This document shows positions 13,126 to 26,189 of a DNA stretch of 64,000 bases, in pieces (position 1 is the stretch's first letter; every line of letters begins with the position of its first letter). Both the position numbers and the translations under genes were made by a program. Under the pieces are notes generated by a model, which had not been told where the DNA came from, did not search any database, and worked only from the letters and a program-made list of their open reading frames with translations. Origin of the DNA: Klebsormidium nitens (taxonomy: Eukaryota > Plantae > Klebsormidiophyceae); assembly GCA_000708835.1 (NCBI GenBank), contig DF237031.1:62001-126000 (forward strand), given 5' to 3'.

Positions 13126-14899
13126 AATGATCCAGACATGATTGATGAACGAAACGGCAAACTTTGCTCTTACGCCAGAGTGCAGACTCGAAGAGATCCA
13201 GAGAGAGGTTGCGGAGTAGGAGCGTCGCCAAAGCCAAAGCATCCGACAATGTCAAGGTTCGTTGGTCGACCTCAACGGTTCTTAGTAGGCAGCCGTCATC
13301 TCTTAGGCAAAACTCGGCCTTTTATATCGGATCTTGGTCGACTGATTGTACGGGAACCGTTGGCTATACTCATCATTTTCCTCCAACGTCGCCGCTTGGT
13401 AATCAACATTGTTAAAGTCATCAAAGATGTCTAAGAGTGATATTATTGTCCGACAATCTCTCTCTCCGTTGAATGATGCATTTTCATTCCTTATTTCGGA
13501 TTGTAGAGCGGATTACCATGTGAATGCCACTCGGTCACTAAGTTTTTGACGGTTGTCGATTTGAATCTTCGGATGCTTAGTACATCGATCAGCACTGGAA
13601 CTGAGACGGTGCATGCCGTCATTGAATCCGGACGTGAAGGGAAGAGCTTGCCATGCATACGCCGCGCCGCACCGATAAAGCTCGGTAAACTGGCATCTAA
13701 CGGTCCACTGACCGGTCCTGCATGTCACTTCACCATGCATGAGTTGCAATTATGAAGTATAACGAAAACGATTCAATATTTGAAGCTAGTGGTCGTTAAT
13801 TGCCAGTTGAAGAGCTAGTGGTCCGACTGAGTCATCGTTCAGTGCCATGCCAGGCGGCCAAGCTAATTCCGGAACTCGCAACCAAGTTTAGTGAATCCAT
13901 GCACAACACCTAATAGGAGGCTCAAATGTCACTCCGCTGTCTGCTATGCCTCGCTTCCGGAGTCCGACGACGTTCAACAAACTATTGATCATGATCGTCG
14001 AACAAATCTGTGCCTCATGAACGACTCTTGTGCAGAACTATAGTCGGCGGATCGACCATCATGCATCGCCAAAGGATTCGCTCTCTAGCGCCTCTCAATG
14101 TGCCGCGCTCGAGTCCATGGATGCATGTGCTGATTCGGGATTTTTTAAAGTACGGTCGCTTGGGTCAGTCCGTTGCAAAGTTCAAACCATTGTCGATCAC
14201 CATCATGGCAATGTACTGCAAGATCGGATATGCTCAACTATGACATGCATGTACGGCGTGCGCTGATCGCGATACCGGTACCGCGCAGCAGACGGAGAGG
14301 CCGGCGCATGCTGCAGTGCCAAGCAGGTGCCAAGCTCAGCTATACCGTGACTACTCTAGTAAACTTTGTTTTTCTTCTTCTGTTCAGGCTTGCAGGCTGG
14401 TGTGTTTCTGGTCATTCTGGCCCAGCCCCTGTAGAGATAGACTTACAGCATAGTAGAAGACAAGTCCTACACTAGCGGTGTCGGATGCACATTCATCCAC
14501 CGATGATCGGGACACTAGACAAAGACCGCATTTTTGGATTGACGGCAGGCCGGCCAGATAAGAGCATTTTGTCTCAAAAATCCATACGTGTCAATCAACA
14601 TGGATTGCAATGGCATGCTTAATGAATGCGTTTGTTTGATGCCATCGGCCTAATTCTTATGCTTCGAGGAGGAAAGGACGGTAGGCAACAAAGAGAGAAA
14701 GAGAGGGATGTCAACTCCCTTTGCTGTCGACTTATCTCCCTCCATCTAGCACTTTTACTTCTTTACTTGATGCACATGACATGAATCAAGACTCGTGTTG
14801 AGGACAGGAAGGCAGAACGGACTCATCTCGATCCGTAAATTCATCCGAGAAGAATCATTTGCTAAGCATGAAGACTGAATTGCTTGATGCATGATTCTG

Positions 14900-16550
14900 G
14901 CTTGTGCTACTGTATACTCATGGGGATATCCTGACTGAGAAAACCCGAGGGTTAAGGCAGAACTGCCATATGCGCGCTAGCTGCGACACACTGGTTTTAG
15001 AGTCCTACTCTAAACCCAAAAGTTCTCCAAAAATTTATCCCGGCCGGGCCCGCCGCGCACGGCCGACACATGGCAAGCTGGTAAGGCATCCGATCGGGCA
15101 AGGCATGTTTCGGAGTTTGCAAGTATCAACACGTGGCACCACATTGTCGACTGTGCTCAAAGTCGCTCACCTGGAGGTTAGGCCCGACACGTGGCGCGCG
15201 CTTTCGCCGGAAGGCAATCCAGCAAGGGCTTTTCGCCCAGGAGAAGAGGGCCAGAAAATATTATGTACATATTCTCTAGAGAACACCCCCGTGTGCACCC
15301 CCGTGTGCCCCAACACTTGTATTACCGTACGGTACGGTACTCGGCACTGCTCACGGTCGAATGCCTTGCAAAGAGTCTAGTTTGAGGAACAAAGTTGAAC
15401 GTAACCTGTCTGCAAACAAGCTAGGGCATCGTGTCAAAACATATGTGTCCGGACCTCCGCTTTTCTGAATTTCCTTGGGGGGGCTGGTGGCCGGTTCTCG
15501 GAGCTCCGTGGCGAAGAGTCGAGGGGGCTGGTGGCCGGTGCCCGGTTGATCACTTTCACAGCATTTTAAAAGTCACGTATCTCCAAAAATTCCGCCTATA
15601 CATATATAGTGGACTTCGTATACATGTTCCTGCCCTCGCCAGCCCCCTGCAGGAAGTCAGGACTCAGGACTCAGGCCACACCGGCCGACCGACCGGTCTC
15701 GAAGAAGATGGTCAAATGGGTTTTGTCAAAAATGACAAGTGTCCATCCGCATATACATCAGGCTTCTTGCCTTATACGGCTCCGAATTGGACCCTATTGG
15801 GGCTGTTCCAGAGCAAGTGGATTGGTTATGTTTCAAAAATATTCTGCAGACCTCATCCTCCTATATGTATCTGATTTCGACTTATTTTCCGTCGGGGCTT
15901 GGGCACCCCTGGTGGCCGGTGTTTTCTGGGTCCATTTTTGGCCGTACCCCCCTGGTGGCCGGGTTTTTTGTCGGAGGTCCGGACGCACTTGCGCAAGTGT
16001 TTTGACACGATGCCTAGCACGCAACGTTAACTCATAAGTTACAACTACCGTACGACCAAGACATGATTCCGAATAAATAAATAAATATTTGCATTCGGAA
16101 AGTTGGAAACTCCGGATAAGCAGTCGGATTCTGCTTTTTCGGAAACTGAAAATAATTGTTAAATCCCGTTCGGAAAGTGATTGCAAAGGCCCTATGACTG
16201 AGCGGTACGTACCGGGTCACCGTTAAAAGCCTCAAAAACATGGGTACCGGGGTACCTGGAGGCGATTCGGATTTAGGGTCGGAAAGTGGAAAATAGTATA
16301 TATAATTTGGGCTCCCATTCGCTAAATTAATTGCTTTTTTTGAGCATTCGGAATCATACCTTGGTCGTACGGCTCTTGGCCCTACAAGAGCTATTCGTCT
16401 GCATTCTGTTAGGAAACCCTTCCCAAAACCCCTACTTTACATAACCATGCTTTGATAGGTAGGTCAGCTTACTAACTTGCCGGCTACAACAGCTCGGAGA
16501 GTCGACGACTCACGAGCACCGGTCTCCGGAGTCCGTGGCGATGTAGGGCC
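14900..16550. mobile_element. Possible non-autonomous transposon relic (non-coding, repeat-rich block)
   Basis: No credible ORF. Four ctggtggccgg motifs in two pairs about 42 bp apart (about 15485, 15528, 15909, 15950), short internal repeats, and weak inverted similarity between about 15070-15110 and 16441-16485. No clear TIR or TSD was identified. Confidence 0.2.
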
Positions 16551-17868
16551 CTGTGGTGAGATTCTTGAGAATTGACAGCTTGGACGTGCAAGTGAGTCGA
16601 AGTGTGAAAAGGACCAATCTACATGATTATCCAGGAGGTATTAATTGAACCGCATACCCCGTCGATTATTGTTTGTTGATTTCACCTGAAGTTCCGTAAC
16701 GGTACGTATTACGTAACCGCTGGTGTTTCTTCAGTTGGGATTCGGGAACATTGTCTCACCTATAGAACACTTTTGAGTGAGGGCCTATAATAGTCCATTC
16801 AACATGATGTTATGCATCCTTTTTCGTAACGTTGAATGAGACTCGACTCTGGAGACCCCGTGCCTGCAAAATTTAATACAGACCAGTCGATCACCAGTGC
16901 CTCGCTGTACTTGGCTGCCTTATGAATAAAACTTAGAACAGAATATACGATGAGTTCTTACACCTACTGAATCAGAGGTACAAACCGAGTGCATACCTGC
17001 TCTAGAAGGACTCAGAAGCTCGGAACTTGCCTGGCTCGAGCGACGAGCGCGCCTTTGCGCCAGCTGTTACCGAAAATGACCACATGAAAAAAACCCCTCA
17101 GGAGCTCGTGATGATTTCACCTCACATTTGATGGAATGGCTTCCTTCAAATCTGATCTCTCGCTTCATTGCTGAACGGAGCTTGCATGAGGGACTGAGGG
17201 AGCCCTTCATCAGCTGTAGAGAGTCTGACCCTTGACAAGAAACGTGCGTTTTGAAGATAACAAAGGAGGCAAAACGGAGGGGAGACGCTCTTCTTGAGGG
17301 GGTCTTCTTTCATGGTGTATGCACGGGTGTCTCGAGCTGGGGAAACTTTGGCAACTGGGGGGTTGAAACCATTAGAATAGGGCACTCCCTTTAGGCTTTG
17401 GGTTTTCGTCGTTTTGGTTAATAGCTACAGGGGCGCCAGATAACTATTTGAAAACGCCTTCGCATGGAAGGTGCTTGCTCCTTAGTACAATCCAAGTGAT
17501 TCAGGCGTGCATTCAGAAGCTGACTCATGCTTTCGTGGATACGAGAAGCTTCACATTGCTGAATCAGAGTAGCTTTCTTGGCAACTCTCTGAGTTTACTC
17601 TCAATCTGGAGCATAACGCATGCTCAAGGGGTTGAAAGCTTCTCCATCCGAAAGACCTTTTCGATTGCGAGCTTTCAACCACTTTTTAGGAAGTATTTGA
17701 GACACTTTGAATGCACTTGGAATAAGCAGCTTGCGAGGTACCTGCTTTAGAGCACATTGCAATTTGGCGGCCTGAAAACAGAAAATATTCGGCGCAGTTT
17801 TGCTCAGCAATCATAGAGCAATCAAAAATATCTGAAAGCAAGGGCAGTGTGCATTCATACATCCCAGG

Positions 17869-20800
17869 ATGGACTGGACTGGCCAGACAGGGCAGTGGCA
17901 ACCAGATCAGTGGCAGAAGCGCCGCCTGTTATCAGCCCCTGAGGAGGCGCACGGCTCGGAAAATGTGCCAACTCAGGAGTGGCAGCCGCTGACGTCATCG
18001 GCGACGATGTCAGCGGACGTTTTGGCAGACGAGTTCCAGCAAATGCACCAGGAAGCGCCGGGGTTTAGCGGATTTGAGGAGAACGGGGAGACGTCCACCG
18101 CGGCGCTTTTGGCAGAGCTTCAGGCGTTGCAAGCATCGATGAACATGGCGGGGGGGTCCACACGGGAGGCATCGTACCCCCCCACAGGGTTGGGATCCAC
18201 GGCGGGGGGCTCAAATCACAGGGGACTGTCGGGGAACATTGTCAGGAGCTTCTCGGGAGAAAATGACGACATTCTGGGGTTTGCTTTGGATTCGCCCTTC
18301 AGCCTCGAAGATCTCTTCATGAGCCCCACTCCTGCGTCGGGCTCGCTTAACAAGAACGCCAGCGGCTTTCCGACGCTCGACGTACCTCTTCTGGCGTCGA
18401 CCCCCACGGTCAGCCAAACCCCGCAACTTAACCGCGCCGTGCCCTCCCCCCTGGATCTGATCAACCGTGACTTTGTCTCAGAATTGTACCACCCAGGGGC
18501 GCCCGGAATGCATCCACCAAAACCTCCCCGTTCAGGAGCTTTCCCCCCGGAGCTGCATTTTGCGCCCCTGCAAAACCCACTTTTTGCCCCCCCTAAGGAT
18601 GCGACCGCACTCGACGAGCAACACCCCCCCCGCTATGGCCGGTCTGCATCGCTCGGTCAGGGCCCCACTCAACCCCCCCCCCTCCCGCAGGGCCAGAAGC
18701 TCTTCCCCTCAGCCACATTCTCAGGGGGGGGGCACGCCCGGTCCCCCCACACCCCCGACCTGCCACCCCCCACACCCAAAAGCTCAGAAACGCAGCGGAG
18801 CAAGCCCCCCGCCAGCAGTTCGCAGAGTTCGGACACTCCCCCGGACAACTCGCGCCTGGTGTCCGCCGCAGAGATCATGGAAGCGCTCCGAAAACTGCCG
18901 TCCAGAGCTAGCCATGCGGCCCAGCGGGAGGCCCTCCGCTCCTCGCCCCCCGTTCTGGGGGGGGACTTGCCCACCCCTCCGAAAAGCCACCGCCAGAATT
19001 TGCTCGCCTCGAGCACGTGCCTGGAAGGCGTGAACGCGCCCCCCCTCTTCGTGCAGATGTCGGACGAGAAGTTGAATTCTGCGCGGAATCGAGCGTTGCG
19101 GGGGGTTTACTCCGCAGAATTGGAGATTCTGAGGTGGTGGTGTTTGGAGAATCTGAGCGAGGTTGTGGTTGAAAACATTCCGGGGGTGCACTTTCTATCG
19201 TGCAACGCGCTGCCTGCAGCGCCCTACAGAGCTGCGCGGTAGGTTTCCCTTGGACGTTTTGTCTTTGTCTGGACCTCTTTAGTTCCTGCTCAGCATAGTT
19301 AACCACATCCTATATTTGATTTGCTGTGCTTCGCAGACTCAGTTTTTTCTGCGGACTTCATCAATCCCACGACTTAACAAGCGTGCTTCATTATCTTTTC
19401 CTGGAATCGTCATAGCTATCCAAGTCCTGCGTTCGATTTGATGTGCGTCCTATAGATCCCAAGATTGGACGGGCGAGTCACTCCAGAAGATTAGCAAATC
19501 ATTTCATCGCATTCCCTCTTCCCTGTCTGGTACCTTTTCTTACACGCAGAGCATTCTGCCTTTGCCTCACAAGTGCCCCTTCCGTGTGTACTTAGCACTT
19601 ACGTTCATATGCAGTTTTCATGCATTCAAGCTTCGAGTGACTGGGACACCCTGCTCTTTCTTGATCTAGTTTTTTTGCTGCTTGAGGTTGCAAATTCTTC
19701 GGGTGTCCCTATCTGCTTCATATACCAAATTAGGAGGCTGTGAATCGATTCTACGATACCTGTTATGTACAACACGTGGCTGATGAGGAGGGGACTGCCG
19801 TGCACTCTGATTGATCAACTTTGGACCCAGATCCGTCAAACGATGGTACAAGTAAAACTCCAGTGCTACAGTGACTGCAAACTCTGGCAATCCAGGAACC
19901 CAAGAGTCAATACAAAAGTCGGATTCTAGCCTGGGGTCTCAGTAGTTGACGGATTTGTTTTCCTTTATGCCGCTTCTGTCTGCGGCTTGACCGCATAACA
20001 AGCAGGTTTGAGATTCTATGCCAGAAACCCAATCAACTTCAAATCTGCACTTTGACCTGGAAGTTACTCTCATGTCTTTCTTAGAGATCTTGCTGACAAT
20101 GTGCTGACGTCATGCTGTGCTCCTGGCTGCAGGCTGATGCTCTCAAAGATGACGCTCTGGCTGCGGCAATTCCAGTTCAACGTGCGGAAGGTCAGCCCTG
20201 TAGATCTGTACATGGTGAGTCTCAAGCTGCTTCTTCTGTACAAGCCTATCCGTCACTTTGTCTCGTTATTGTTACGCGCAATTTCTGTGATGATCTGGTG
20301 GTCAGAGAACCATGAACTTCAGTCTTTTCGCTCAGAGCTTGAGTCACCGCTGTCAATGCAAACGACACATCTTTGATGAAACCCTTCAGACGGACTCGAA
20401 CCTGTCGTTGTCTGGGGGTACAGCAAAGGCGAACTGGCGTCTCTGTTCATCTAGCGCCGGTGGCTCTGCGTGTCCCTTTCCCAACCTTCTGTCCATTTGT
20501 TATGACGTGTATAGCAGACGTCTCTTGCTTTTGTCTTCCTTGAAACCTGGTTGGTAAGCACTGAGCCGCAAGTTTTCTTTTGTCGCATCTTTCCTTTGAC
20601 AGCAGCGGTCTGTACTGGGCGGCATCAGAAACTGGCAGGGTTCTGTCCTCTGATAAGATGGATGAATCTTCAATTGAGCACAGATATGTTGTTTTGAACA
20701 TCTGTGAATGTTTGTGAACATCTGGGAATATTGTTCATCAAGTACTCAATCTAAGCGAGCTCAAAACTTACACCAGAAAGCCAGGGCTAAGCACACCGCG

Positions 20801-23800
20801 TCAAACGTGTTTGCTGCAGAAGTGTACTCGACTGAACGCCACCGCACGGTGCTTCCTACAAGGAGGGCGGACTGTTTTATTCATGTTTTATTGAGACGCT
20901 ATTTGATTGTACTGTAACGCGGTTTGGAACATCGATTCATGTTGTTAACACGTTTCTCTTTTCCGCCGGACCAGCCACGCAGGGCCAAACCTCCCTTCTC
21001 CTGAGACGTCATTTGATTGTGCTGATTCGTACTTCAAAACAACCGTCTGTGTTGATAACAAACCTTTCTTTCCCGACAGACCATCCACGAGGCGGCGCGC
21101 ATCTTCCTCGACAGCGACTTGACCCTTCTCATTAACATCCCGTCGTCCGAGGCGCGCACGGCTTTCGAGAAGATGTACCTAGTAATGGAGAAGATGAAGA
21201 AGGAAGCGTGCGAGCAGTTACGCTTCTCCGAGGTCGACCTGAACCCGTACAAACCCGACGTCGACGTCAAACCTCGAACGCTAACCCAGCCGCTAAACAA
21301 CCTGGATTCGGGGTCAGGATCCGGGTTAAGTTCGGAGGGCAGTGTGGGGAGCGGGTCCGGTGAGGTTTCGTTTGGGCGGGAAAGCGGGTTTGGGCGGGGC
21401 AACAAACGGAAAACCCCGCCCGAGGGGCCGGACGGGTTAAGGAAGCGGTTAGGGTTTACGAACCAATTAGGGAACAAGGGTTCCGAGCAGCAGCGGCAGT
21501 GGCTGAAAGGGCTGCAGCACGAGTTGACCAAGTTGAACGAGGACGAGCAGGTGGTTGCGTTTGACGCTAACCCGGGCGGGTTAGCGCCGGTCAGACGGTT
21601 TGTGTCGGAAGGGGCGCTCATGGCTAAGTACAACCTACGGATGGCGTCCTGGAGATTGCTGGTAGGTTTTGCTTTTCGCTTTTCTCTTGCTTAACCACCT
21701 TGTACATTCTGCTTTGATTTACTCGTCTTCTAAAGATTGTTCCAATTGTTGCGGAAGAAGGACTGTCTCGCTTTGAAGGGGCGCCTTTCAGCCGAAGTTT
21801 ATCTAGTCTATCATCCTGGAGGCAATCATAGCAGGTAACTTTCTCGAAAGGTCGTGTCGTTCTTCGCTTCTTTGACGGGTTCGCATGGGGGAAGTGAGCT
21901 AACACTAACTCTGCTTCCGAAGGAACCTTGTGAGCTGCCGCAAGAAGAACGTGTATCAAACTCAGACGTGGCATCGCTCCTTTTCCAAACCCACAGACGG
22001 AACATTAGGTGGCCCAGTCCGAACGGTTCTGTTTCTGCCTGCAACCCAATGGAAATTGAGAAGCTTGCCCAGGGGTTCTTTGAGCATTAAAGCTCCGACC
22101 TTTGGATAACTCTGACAGACGTGGCCGCACTCAAGAGTTTTGGCAAGCTGCTATAGGTTTCCGGCCTGAGTTTCCAACCATTATTGAGGCTTTTGTGATC
22201 TTTTGGATCCCGCCTGTTCTTCGAGCAACGTAAGCAGACGCTTTTTCAAGTAAAGAGTGTCCTACGACATACAGAAATCCATTTTAAGAAGCAACCAGAC
22301 ATTCCGACGTTGGAACAGTAGATGCAGGCGTTAGATGCAGCCCAGTAACGAGGACTTTGTCTTTTCTGATGACAGCCCCGAATCCGCACGATACCAAAAG
22401 CAACCACAATAGATCACCAGTCAATCTGAGTCAAGACTCTCTTGTTTTCGTCAGGCGGCCGCTTCCGAGAAGTTCGACACGCTGGCCAAGGGCGCCTTGC
22501 CGAGCCTCGACAAGTACCTGGGCTTCGCCAAATACATTCTGGGCACGTGCGTCGGCCTGACGATGGCGTTCTGCGCGATCGCGGGGCGCGAGACGGAGGC
22601 GGGAAAGTGGGAACCGAAAGCGGAGGCGGTTCAGTCGCTGCTGGAGAGAACGAAGAAGGGGATGGAGCTTGCCGCTGAACTCGCGTGCATTATGACGGAC
22701 CTAAGGTAGGTTTTCGGCTCTAATTTCTTAAGATCGAGTTTCTGGTTCTTCAAACCCTTCATTCTGTTGTGGAATTGACTATTGTGAAAGACGGAAGCGG
22801 AAAGCGGAGGCGGTTGAGTTGCTGCTGGAGGGGACCAAAAAGGGGATGGAGCTAGCCGCAGAGTTGGCGTGCATAATGACGGACCTGAGGTGGGGATCGG
22901 GTTTTTTGTTTCTGTCAATTCCAGTTCTTTGGCGTTTGGGGTTTTGGAGGGACGAAAGTCGGGATGAGGGAGCCGGGGGAGGAGGTGATTCAGTCGGTTC
23001 TGGAGAGGACCAAGAAGGGGTTAGAGCCGGCAGCCGAGCTCGCGTGCATCATGACGGACTTGAGGTGCGTTCCTGCTTTTGTGTTATAGTGCTATCGTTC
23101 GAAGCTTTCGGTTTGGTAGAAGGTGAAAGAGAGGGCGCGTCAGTTCTTGGAGTGGACAAAAATCTGATTGCAGCTGGCAGCTGAGCTTGTGTGCACTGTG
23201 ACAGAAAGACTGCCAATAAAGAGACTGCCGTTGGAGAATGGGGATGTAAAGCGGAGGCGTATGAGTGGATCAGAAAAAGGGGACGGAATTACAGCAGAGT
23301 TTGCGTGCATCATGGTTCCTGCTCCTGACACCAGGACCGACGAGAAAGACCTGCTCGAGGCAGGCACCAAGCAGTTGGTGTTATGTAGCGCTTCGACCGG
23401 CATGACGTTTCTTGCTCGCACCACTTTTCCTCTCTTGACACCAGGTCGTTCGAAGACGACCTGCTGAAGCTGCGCATCACGCTGTTGGTGTCACTCTTAG
23501 CGCTCTGAACGCCGAAACAATTATTGCCTTTACGTTCTTTCTTTGACACCAGAACGTTCACGGAAGGCCTGCTCAAGCTGCGTAACACTTGCTCGGTGTT
23601 AGGGTTACGCTAATACAGTACTATCGTTTTGCGCTGTTGACACCTTCCGATCAACCTTAACCTTTTGACACCAGGACGTACGAGGAAGACCTGCTCAAGT
23701 TGCGCGTCAGCGCCGTCGGTGTCATGATGCGCTGATAACAAGCTCAGTGTCTTTCTGCAAAGTAATTCGCTCTAAATTTCCCGCATCAAGAAGGTTCCGC

Positions 23801-24137
23801 TCTAAGAAGATTCGCTTTTAAGTGGATTCCGCTCCAAGAAGATCCTTTTCTTGACACCAGGACGTACGAGGAAGACCTGCTCAAGCTGCGCGTCAGCGCC
23901 GTCGGTGTCATGATGCGCGAGGGCGGGCGCTCCCAGCAGGACGCAATCGTGCTGCTGGAGCAGCGCGCGGAGACGATCCTCACCGCTCTAGTTGCCGAGG
24001 TGACGTCACCCCCGGCCAACAACCCGGTGCTCTGGACGTGCTGGCAGCTCATCTTCGACTTTAGCCGGGCGCAGATCGCGCTCCACGTGGTCGACGATCT
24101 GGACGCCAAAGTCAAAACTTTCTTCGGGCTCGCGTGA
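17869..24137 (+). CDS. Hypothetical protein: long Pro/Ser-rich disordered N-terminus and predicted helical C-terminal region
   Basis: Exons 17869-19133 (an alternative phase-2 donor exists at about 19239), 20133-20214, 21080-21661, 22455-22705, 23861-24137. GT-AG and phase-consistent with GC-rich codon usage. No domain recognised. Confidence 0.75.
22706..23860 (+). repeat. Intron composed of degenerate copies of both flanking exon ends
   Basis: Four copies of the upstream exon 3' end (KAEAVQSLLERTKKGMELAAELACIMTDLR) at about 22795-23315, then four copies of gacaccag|GACGTACGAGGAAGACCTGCTC with AG ending at 23334, 23444, 23552, 23674; the functional AG ends at 23860. Confidence 0.9.
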
Positions 24138-26189
24138 TGACGTCAGCAGCGCGTGGCAGGCGCTTTGGGGCGGCTCATGCTGCCGGCGAGGGGCCGATGT
24201 GGTCGGAATCTGGCGTGTAGAAATGAGCGAGTTCAGTAGCAAGTTTGTGTGAGGTCCTCGGGCGCTTGCGACGTCAGCAAGGCGTCTGACGTCAGCTGGG
24301 GGTCGTGGAGTTGCTAGTGTGGCGAAAGGTGGTGACGGCAGCCACGCTTTGTTAGGTTGGGGCTGTGGTGGCCGCGGATGGGGATTTGTGTTCTTTAGCA
24401 AAAACAATAGCTAGGCATCTTTCAGTCATCATGCAGCGAGGCTTGTAACATTACCAAAAGCAAGCGTTGAGTATCAGTCATACCAGGTCGCATCATGGAG
24501 TTCGGCCGAGGACGCAAATGTGTGTTGTATAAAGAACCTTGAAATTCAGAGGGGCCCTCGGGCGCTCGGAAGAACGGGCACGAAATTGAAGAGTGGACAT
24601 ATGCACAGGCTTAGCGGACACAAGGGAGTAATAAAAGCGGGCGCAAAGCCCTTTACCGTAGGAGCATAGAATGATAAGGTCTGAAAGGATATTGTGCAGA
24701 CTGTAAAAAGCTTGGCTTGTAATGTTGAACCTGCCAGAACAACGATTCGAGAGCACTGCCGCGCATGCAGACTCAAGCAGCAAAATTCAGCACGAATGTG
24801 GTCTTCACTAGGTGATCAGAACGATGCCGTCAGACATACCGTCGGCGCCACTATAGTATATCGACTTCCGTTAGACATCAATTCCTTTCAAACAGACCCG
24901 GTGTGCACAATGAGGGCAATCTGCATGCCGAACGGAAGGCTAAGTTTCTCACGGCATGTAACTTTGAAAAGGCCGTTTCAAGGACTTGCCGGATGATCAC
25001 GCGTCCGGCTGCGGCGGCACAGCTGTGTGCACCGTTAGGAGCTGCATGCATGCATCAAGTATATGGATCGTTCTTGATATCACCTAGTGTCCATCGTTTG
25101 TGCACCTGCCCGGCCTCATGTTTGCTCGGAATTAACCGTCTCGAATTACACGCGTCGAATCGACGCCGGGTGGCGACAGCGCTAGCGCCTAAAGTTGAAA
25201 CCGTCTAAAGCTGGTACCATATACGGTATATTGACCCCGCGTCCATGACGACACATACAGACCGAACCATAATGCATAACCGTGGCCATCATCCCATTGC
25301 ATTGAATGATAAAGTCATGAGCGGCCCGGCTCATGCAGTGCTAATTATATTAACGGAGACATGCATGCGCACATGCTGATGCCACTGCATGGTATGGTAC
25401 GTTCATGTGATGAACTTAGCATTGCTGTGTCGGGCCGGCGGGCACTTGGTCTCAGTCACACCTAGGCCAACCCTTGTCGACGGCTTTGTGAATCCAGGAC
25501 TCATAGATTGAAACCGTCTATAGAGAGTTATGTGACCTTGCCGCTGTTGCGAGCTGTACTAAAGGCGGATCCACAAATGCAGCAGGCTCGCCGCCGCAGT
25601 GACAGGCGCGGCATGGCATTGAACGCCCGATTGGTATGATAATTAGTATCCAGGCAACCAAGTAGCGTTGGATCTCCCTACTTTGAGGTGTTGAGCGCCC
25701 GGGCTAGAGCTTGGTGCCCGGGCCTTTATTGTCCTGCTTTTCTAGCTAGATGATAAGCTCGGACGTGTATTCTCACTTACTTCTCATACGGTTCCCCAAA
25801 TCTACGAGTCTAGTTTCTGCTTCTATGATAGTTGCTGTAGCGGCCTGCTAGACTTCTGCCATCCACGCGAGTACGTAACTCGCACCGCAAACTAGTAATA
25901 TGCGCGACTGACCAGAAAAGTGGAGTCAACCTGCCTCTTAGCTATATTCCAAGAACGTTCGCTGCCTGTTTCTGCATAGTTGTCTGTACGTTTCATTTAG
26001 GTTTTGTTATGGACATTATCCGACGATTTCAGTTGCCCGCTTTGGACGCTTCGGCGTTAACAACGTACTACATTCTTTATACCGTAACTTCAATGACATA
26101 TTCACTCTCTATACGGGCATCTCGTGCACCAAGTTATGTACAAAACCACATGTACCTGGCTATGCGCCAACCCCCTCGTTTGCCGCTCC

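Noticed and set aside
22706-23860. Regularly spaced repeats as a CRISPR-like array
   Set aside because: Eukaryotic intron; the units are diverged copies of flanking exon ends, with no constant repeat/unique spacer structure and no cas genes. The same applies to 29160-29670 and 44210-44640.
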